64,000 bases of DNA. It comes from Octopus vulgaris. Taxonomy: Eukaryota. Made by a program: the position numbers and the translations under genes. Shown here piece after piece: positions 57,609-64,000 of the stretch (position 1 is the stretch's first letter; every line of letters begins with the position of its first letter). The stretch is taken from contig OX597821.1 in assembly GCA_951406725.2 (NCBI GenBank), forward strand, positions 65,596,001 through 65,660,000, given 5' to 3'. Under the pieces are notes generated by a model that did not search any database, had not been told where the DNA came from, and saw nothing but the letters and a program-made list of their open reading frames with translations.

Positions 57609-58850
57609 CATATATACATACATTCATACATGCATATATATATATATATACATGCTTATATTGCATAGATACGTACGTATTATACGATTAAACATTGAAC
57701 CCAAGTTTTCCTTATCCGTATATACTGAATAATCCTCGGGAGATAAAAACAATTTCATGAAAATATCAATGGCTCAAATGAATTAGTATTTTCTTTGGCG
57801 CGAAGAGTTTCCAGTACTGAAGATTGCAAACAGGGTAAGGGAGGATAACCTATTATCATATATCCATATTCGTAGTTATTGGTGTAATATTTGCTTTCAT
57901 TCGGTCAAAATGGCGTAGTTCAAAGATATTTTATACGTCTGCGTTAAGGGAGATTTGAAATAAACTGCTGTTGAATAATTTTCTAAATTTTGGCACAAGG
58001 CCAGAAATTTTAAGGGGAGGTTAAATCAATTATATCGACCGTAGTTCTCAAATGCTACTTATTTTATCGATCCTAAAATGATGAAAGGCCACATTTGAAC
58101 TCAGAGGGTAAAGGCCGAACAATTGCCGCTGAACATTTGTCCGGCTGGTTAACGAATCTGCCAGCTCGCCGACTTTCTGATGTTTATCTTATATTTGTTT
58201 CAGTAATTAGACCGCTGCCATGCTGGAGCACCGTTTTGAGGAATTTTTTTAATCGACTGAATCGACCCCAATTATTGATCTTGTAAAGCCAAGTACTTAT
58301 TCTATCTGTTCTTTTCGCTGAACCGCTAAGTTACGGGGTATCCTAGCATGGTACCATGTCCTCAGTTCAATGACTGAAACAAGTAACTTATAAGGCTTAA
58401 AATAATTCATGAATTTTCCTTTGCCTGCCGTTACTTTCTGGAGTTAATTCCTATATTTTGGTAATCTTTTAAACCTTATCTTTATCCGGTGACAAAGGAA
58501 TCACACTAGCAGTTTTACTGCTGCGAATGCCGGACATTACAAGCTTTTGTGTGAATATGATAAATTTAATATATGCATACAATTAACTTCATGCCAAACA
58601 TAATTTTAGAGATACAAATATGAATATATTTTGTTTTTAATCGAGCTCTTTCTTAAAATGCTTCACCTATATATATTTGCATATATACGTATGTATGCAT
58701 GTAATGTATATGTGTGTGTATATATAATAATAAGAGTAAATAATTTCTTCGATGGTTTTTCAAAAAACCAACAATTATTTACTGGTAGATTTCGGCATGT
58801 AAATATAACCATTAACGGTAGGAACTTCTGTAAAGTTCAGTATATATATT

Positions 58851-58970
58851 ATATATAAATAGAAGGGGCAGGCAACAGGTTGCTTAGCCGCATACCGAAA
58901 AAGTTAGAAATAGCAGTCGGAGACTGTTTAACTTTTTCGGTATGCGGCTAAGCAACCTGTTGCCTGCCCT

Positions 58971-58984
<14 letters not shown>
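58851..58984. repeat. Near-perfect 55-bp inverted repeat in (TA)n
   Basis: 58851-58906 is the reverse complement of 58929-58984 (one indel); 22-bp spacer. Confidence 0.9.
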
Positions 58985-59001
<17 letters not shown>

Positions 59002-59008
<7 letters not shown>

Positions 59009-59904
59009 TTAAAAAAACTTGATATCATTTGAGATGTAAATATCACAGAAACTACATAGCCAAAGCAAACGAAACTACATAAGATTTATTCTTCCAAATT
59101 TGAATGAGAAGTTTAAAGGGATGTGGATTCCATGAACGATTTCACAAAAAAAGGGCCTTGAAAATGCTTTCTGGAGATGGCGCAGAACACATTCACTTTC
59201 GATGAGTCTCTATCTTGCTCAACTGGGGCATGGGAGTTTTCTTCGCCCCAAATGCGATCATTAAGCTAACTGACTTTGCCATTCCAATGGAATGTGGCCT
59301 CATCACTGAAAAGAGGACGTTGTTTGAACTCGGCTTCTTCATGTGTCTCTTATATATCAACACAGAATTGTTTGCGTTTTCGCTTGTCAGCTGCCGTTAT
59401 GGCCTGAACGAGCTGCAGCTTGTAGGGTTTCATTAGCAAGCGTTTCCTCAAGACGCGCCAAACTGTCGTTGGAGGAATCTGGGTTTCCACACTTGTTCTT
59501 CTTATGGAATTCTTGGAGCTTCGCAAGAGTTTTTGGCGAACCCTCTCGACCGTCTCTTCCGATGTTAGTGGTCGTCCAAATCTTTTTACCCTACACAGAC
59601 AGTCTTCCTCTGAAATTTTTGTGCCATGTCCAAATCTGCATTGCCGTTGGTAACGTTTTAGAGAACTCTCTCACAAATGCACGTTGCACAATCTTGTTCG
59701 ACTGTGTTCTAGCATACGCCAACACACAAAATCCCTTTTTGCTTCCAGTGGATACCATTCCTATACCTGAAAAGATAAACATATCAAACATTACACATAA
59801 AAATTAGATCTGTTTCCACAGATGCTGTTAAAATTTGAAGTTATTGGAACAAGAACTAGCAAAGTCATTAGATTGCGAAAAGATATAATTTTTTTAAAAC
59901 CCTG
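59002..59904 (-). mobile_element. Internally deleted Tc1/mariner-superfamily transposon (maT/DD37D-like)
   Basis: Imperfect TIRs AGGGT..TTAAAAAAA.TT.ATATC in TA. The transposase remnant reads FCVLAYARTQSNKIVQRAF..IWTWHKNF, SGRP..TTVWRVLRKRLLMKPYKLQLVQ, FSDEATFH, RDSSKVNVFCAIS..GPFF. The later catalytic residues are deleted. Confidence 0.85.
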
Positions 59905-60049
59905 TATATGTGTGTGTGTGTGTATCTGTGTATTTATATCTATATAAACATATATGTTTGTATGCATAACTGTAGCTATCCGTATACATATATATATGCA
60001 TATGATTATATTCTTGTGTACATATGTATGTATGTATTATGTATGTATG

Positions 60050-60118
<69 letters not shown>

Positions 60119-60120
60119 AT

Positions 60121-60653
60121 AATCAATATAGGGTGGCAAAAAAATTTTGTAGAATTCTTTTGCCACCAGCGGCCTAGTAGGAAAAAATTAAATAGTCATA
60201 AACCATTTTTACGTTCAACATCACAATCAAGGAACGGCCATAATAGGCCATTCACCCACTAGAAATAACAGCCAAAAGCTTTAACCGCAAAATAACATTA
60301 ATACCGTAAACCAGGAGAAAATTGAAAAACTTTTACCCTGTAATTTCTTAGACGATGCACCGTTTCATCTACCGTTTAATGGTAAACTAACCTGATTAAA
60401 TTAAATCAAGCCAATCCACCATAGGCCCTTAGACTCATCAGTAAGAAATAGCCAAATCGGAACAGATATTTTTCACGAGGCATTCCTCTTGCTACCTCGG
60501 CAATATCTGACCTAAAATTTTCAAATCGTCGCACTCGCGCCAAATTTATCGGCAGCAAATAAACCACCGATTCCGTTACGGAACTAACCAGAAAATTCAT
60601 AATTAATCAATATAGGGTGGCAAAAAAATTTTGTAGAATTCTTTTGCCACCAG
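60121..60653 (-). mobile_element. 484-bp HHR element copy 2 (1.1 units, terminally redundant)
   Basis: AATCAATATAGGGTGGC.. occurs at 60121 and again at 60605 (period 484). Confidence 0.9.
60343..60449 (-). ncRNA. Type I hammerhead ribozyme with extended stem II
   Basis: Reverse complement of 60947-61053. Confidence 0.9.
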
Positions 60654-61177
60654 TGGGTGAATGGCCTATTATGGCCGTTCCTTGATTGTGATGTTGAACG
60701 TAAAAATGGTTTATGACTATTTAATTTTTTCCTACTAGGCCGCTGGTGGCAAAAGAATTCTACAAAATTTTTTTGCCACCCTATATTGATTAATTATGAA
60801 TTTTCTGGTTAGTTCCGTAACGGAATCGGTGGTTTATTTGCTGCCGATAAATTTGGCGCGAGTGCGACGATTTGAAAATTTTAGGTCAGATATTGCCGAG
60901 GTAGCAAGAGGAATGCCTCGTGAAAAATATCTGTTCCGATTTGGCTATTTCTTACTGATGAGTCTAAGGGCCTATGGTGGATTGGCTTGATTTAATTTAA
61001 TCAGGTTAGTTTACCATTAAACGGTAGATGAAACGGTGCATCGTCTAAGAAATTACAGGGTAAAAGTTTTTCAATTTTCTCCTGGTTTACGGTATTAATG
61101 TTATTTTGCGGTTAAAGCTTTTGGCTGTTATTTCTAGTGGGTGAATGGCCTATTATGGCCGTTCCTTGATTGTGATG
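60652..61177 (+). mobile_element. 484-bp HHR element copy 3 (1.09 units, different permutation)
   Basis: AGTGGGTGAATGGCC.. occurs at 60652 and again at 61136 (period 484). Confidence 0.9.
60947..61053 (+). ncRNA. Type I hammerhead ribozyme with extended stem II
   Basis: Stem I 60947-54/61046-53; CTGATGA 60955-61; stem II base 60962-66/61025-29; GAAA 61030-33; predicted cleavage after GTC at 61045. Confidence 0.9.
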
Positions 61178-61252
61178 ATATATATATATATATATATAAA
61201 TGGCGGTGCCCCAGCATGGCCACAGCTCATGAGCTGAAACTAGAATCAATCA

Positions 61253-61288
<36 letters not shown>

Positions 61289-61429
61289 CATAAATACATA
61301 TATGATTATTTATATATGTATGTGTATATATATATATGTATATATTGTCTCCTATTTTTTCTTTTATCATATGTAAATATACGTATATATATACATACAT
61401 ATATATATATATATACATATACATATGCA

Positions 61430-61468
<39 letters not shown>

Positions 61469-61523
61469 GCATTTATGTATATATGTATGTATGTATGTAT
61501 GCATGTATGTATGTATGTATACA

Positions 61524-61570
<47 letters not shown>

Positions 61571-62311
61571 ATGTCCGCTCACACACACACACCTGCCACC
61601 ATGCCTTAGGTAGTGACCTAAAAAAGTAATTTGTAATTAACTGAGTAATCACTAATTCTAATTACTTGAGATTATAACCTTAAGGAGAAAACAACATCTC
61701 ATTAGCGTTAATGAAAATTATTTACAGAAAGGGTAAGGGAGGGAAATCTCGATATTTCAATCAAAGCAATTATTAGAAATATACAAAGATGTGTATGATT
61801 CTAATATTTTGATTTTGTTACCATGGGAACCATTCCGGATATGTTTTGATTGTATCGGTCTTCAACAGTTAAGCTTAGATCACCCAATAGCTACCAAGAT
61901 CTTATTTTTATTTTCTTTTTTATTTATATTTTTAAAATTCTATTTCATCCTTTATGTTTTATCTTTTTTTTACTTGATTCAGTCATTGGACTATGACCAT
62001 GCTGCAGCACCGCCTTGAACTGTTTTCTGGCGGAATAAGTCGAGTCCAGTATTTCTTTTTAAAACTTAGCTAGTGTTAGATGGTTGTAAACTGACCAACA
62101 CCGGTTGTCAAACATTGGCGGGAGACGTATCGGCCGCACGTATCCAATGTATGTGTTTCCCATGTTCGATGACTTTCAAGTGTTTTAATCCCTGGTGTAA
62201 TGAGGGAGTTGTCCCCAGCACGCTGTCTAGCGGCGAACAGGCTAACAAGGAACGCACATACATTGAGTACGTGCGTTCGATAATATTTACAACACTACCA
62301 CTGCTTTTAAC

Positions 62312-62362
62312 TCCTACTGATGAGGCTACGGATGTACCCGAAACTGACCCGTCAATATAGGG
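62312..62362 (+). ncRNA. Type I hammerhead ribozyme, slightly decayed
   Basis: TCCTA-CTGATGA-GGCTAC(GGAT)GTACCC-GAA-ACTGAC(CC)GTCAAT-A^TAGGG; one mismatch each in stems II and III. Confidence 0.75.
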
Positions 62363-62569
62363 AATTCTCGATCGGTGCTTTTGGCCGATTATAGCCCCTA
62401 TCAGTACATATGTATGCAATAATGTACTTTAATTACAGCACTGGAGCATTTAACTCTTATTTCTAGCAATGTAGGTGTTCTAACACTCTAGTCACATTTA
62501 GTGACAATTACAGATTTCCTTTTTGATAAAACATTGCACACAGCTCTCCTCTCTTTCTCTCCCTCTACC

Positions 62570-62628
<59 letters not shown>

Positions 62629-62665
62629 TCATCATCATCATATATATATATATATATATATAAGC

Positions 62666-62823
62666 TATTAATAAAATAGGAGATGCAATGTGTAATAGGC
62701 TTTTTTGGGTACAACACACGTTTCGACTTTTTATTGATGTACCCAAAGAGACCCAGAACAGGGCGAAACATGTGTTGCACCCAATAAAATCTATTACGCA
62801 TTCCATCTCCTATTTTATCAATA
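62666..62823. repeat. 60-bp inverted repeat with a hammerhead remnant in the spacer
   Basis: Arms are 62666-62725 and 62764-62823, both starting at CGAAAC; the spacer has CCAAAGA-GACCC..GGGC. Confidence 0.75.
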
Positions 62824-63317
62824 CTGTTACCGCTACCGCCACTACGAAGTCCCTGCAATAAATCTACGGATAACAACGGGGAAGCGAAACTGTGCCGGTG
62901 CTTTACTCATCATTTATTTATACATTTTTTTTTACAATTCTCCCTTATATATATATGTATATATATATATAACAAAACCATTCTCACCGGAAGCACATAT
63001 TTTTTTTACAAAAAACAACTACGAACTAATATAGTTCTTGAATTTGACAAAAACAGGGAGGCTAATTCCCAGTGTAATGGTAACAAACTTAGTCGCGTTA
63101 ACAAAGGGATGTGGGTTCGAGTTTCACGCGGATGGGAAAGCCTATTTTCCTGTCGAGGGCTTATATGCCCCATTATTAGGCTATTTTCCTTAGTCATTGC
63201 ACGGTGATCGCCATAAGCACATATAAGTACCATTATTTAGAGGATTGTAAAACTCAGCGCTGTATAACAAACCCATTCGCACTGAAACCATATGCATACA
63301 TACATACGTGTGTGTGT

Positions 63318-63545
63318 GGAGGCGTGTGGTTTAGTGGTTAGGGTGTCAGCATCATGATCGTAAGATTGGGGTTTCGATTCCTGGACCAGGCGACGCGTTG
63401 TTTTCTTGAGCAAAAGCACTTTATTTCACGTTGCTCCAGTCCACTCAGCTGGCAAAAATGAATAACGCTCCGATTGACTGGCGTCCCGTCCAGGAAACCG
63501 GGAAACCGAGCCCATGAGCCTGGCTAGGCTTTAAAAGGGCGCATT
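63318..63545 (+). mobile_element. tRNA-headed SINE family C
   Basis: Homologous to 27907-28160. Confidence 0.8.
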
Positions 63546-64000
63546 TATTATATATATATATATATATATCAAGATTAATCAGCCGAAATTGCGAAGATGA
63601 TCCGGTTCTTGACTGAAGATTGAGGGCTTCGAATGTTCCGTCCGTGTTTTTTGTGTCGTCTTCTAAATGTTTCACGTTCTTGTCCCAGTTTGTATATTTT
63701 TTTACTTTTACATATATATATATATATATATATACATAATACACTCATATATGCATGAGTGTATGTATGTTTTTTAAATATGTTTGTATGTATGTGTGAA
63801 TGTATTTATATGCCTGGACACGAACATAAAACTTCTACACCAATCTGAATGCATGTATACACGTTCACACAACACGAAACATACACAATCGTCTGCTTAG
63901 CTTCGTATAACGTAAGAGCAACAGACGACAATACACACAACACGAACTATGAACATACACGCACCAAACGACATAACACAACATTCACACATGCAAAATA

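Noticed and set aside
60796-60990. Identical 64-aa ORF on both strands (also 60406-60600)
   Set aside because: The identity reflects the inverted duplication. The ORF overlaps the ribozyme and hairpins, has no recognisable motif, and copy 1 lacks the ATG. Coding is not supported, although not excluded.

Overview
AT-rich, microsatellite-saturated eukaryotic DNA. The SINE families and repeat style point to an octopus or other coleoid cephalopod, which is an inference. I can support no intact host gene, and nearly all long ORFs in the track come from (TA)n, (CA)n, (TACA)n or (CAT)n tracts. The window is mostly decayed transposons: three R4/Dong-type LINE ends, three CR1-type LINE pieces, an RTE-type RT fragment, Helitrons (one with a PIF1 helicase remnant), an internally deleted Tc1/mariner element plus a MITE, a Gypsy integrase remnant, and about 20 tRNA-headed SINEs. 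The most notable signal is a population of hammerhead-ribozyme (HHR) elements inserted into (TA)n tracts. One young family has a 484-bp unit present three times at about 99% identity. It carries an intact type I HHR with a long, G·U-rich stem II, and two copies are circularly permuted, longer than one unit and joined head-to-head (60121-61177). This resembles a retrozyme-like element copied from a circular RNA. About a dozen other intact or decayed HHRs from unrelated Penelope-like families occur, several at the breakpoints of inverted repeats.
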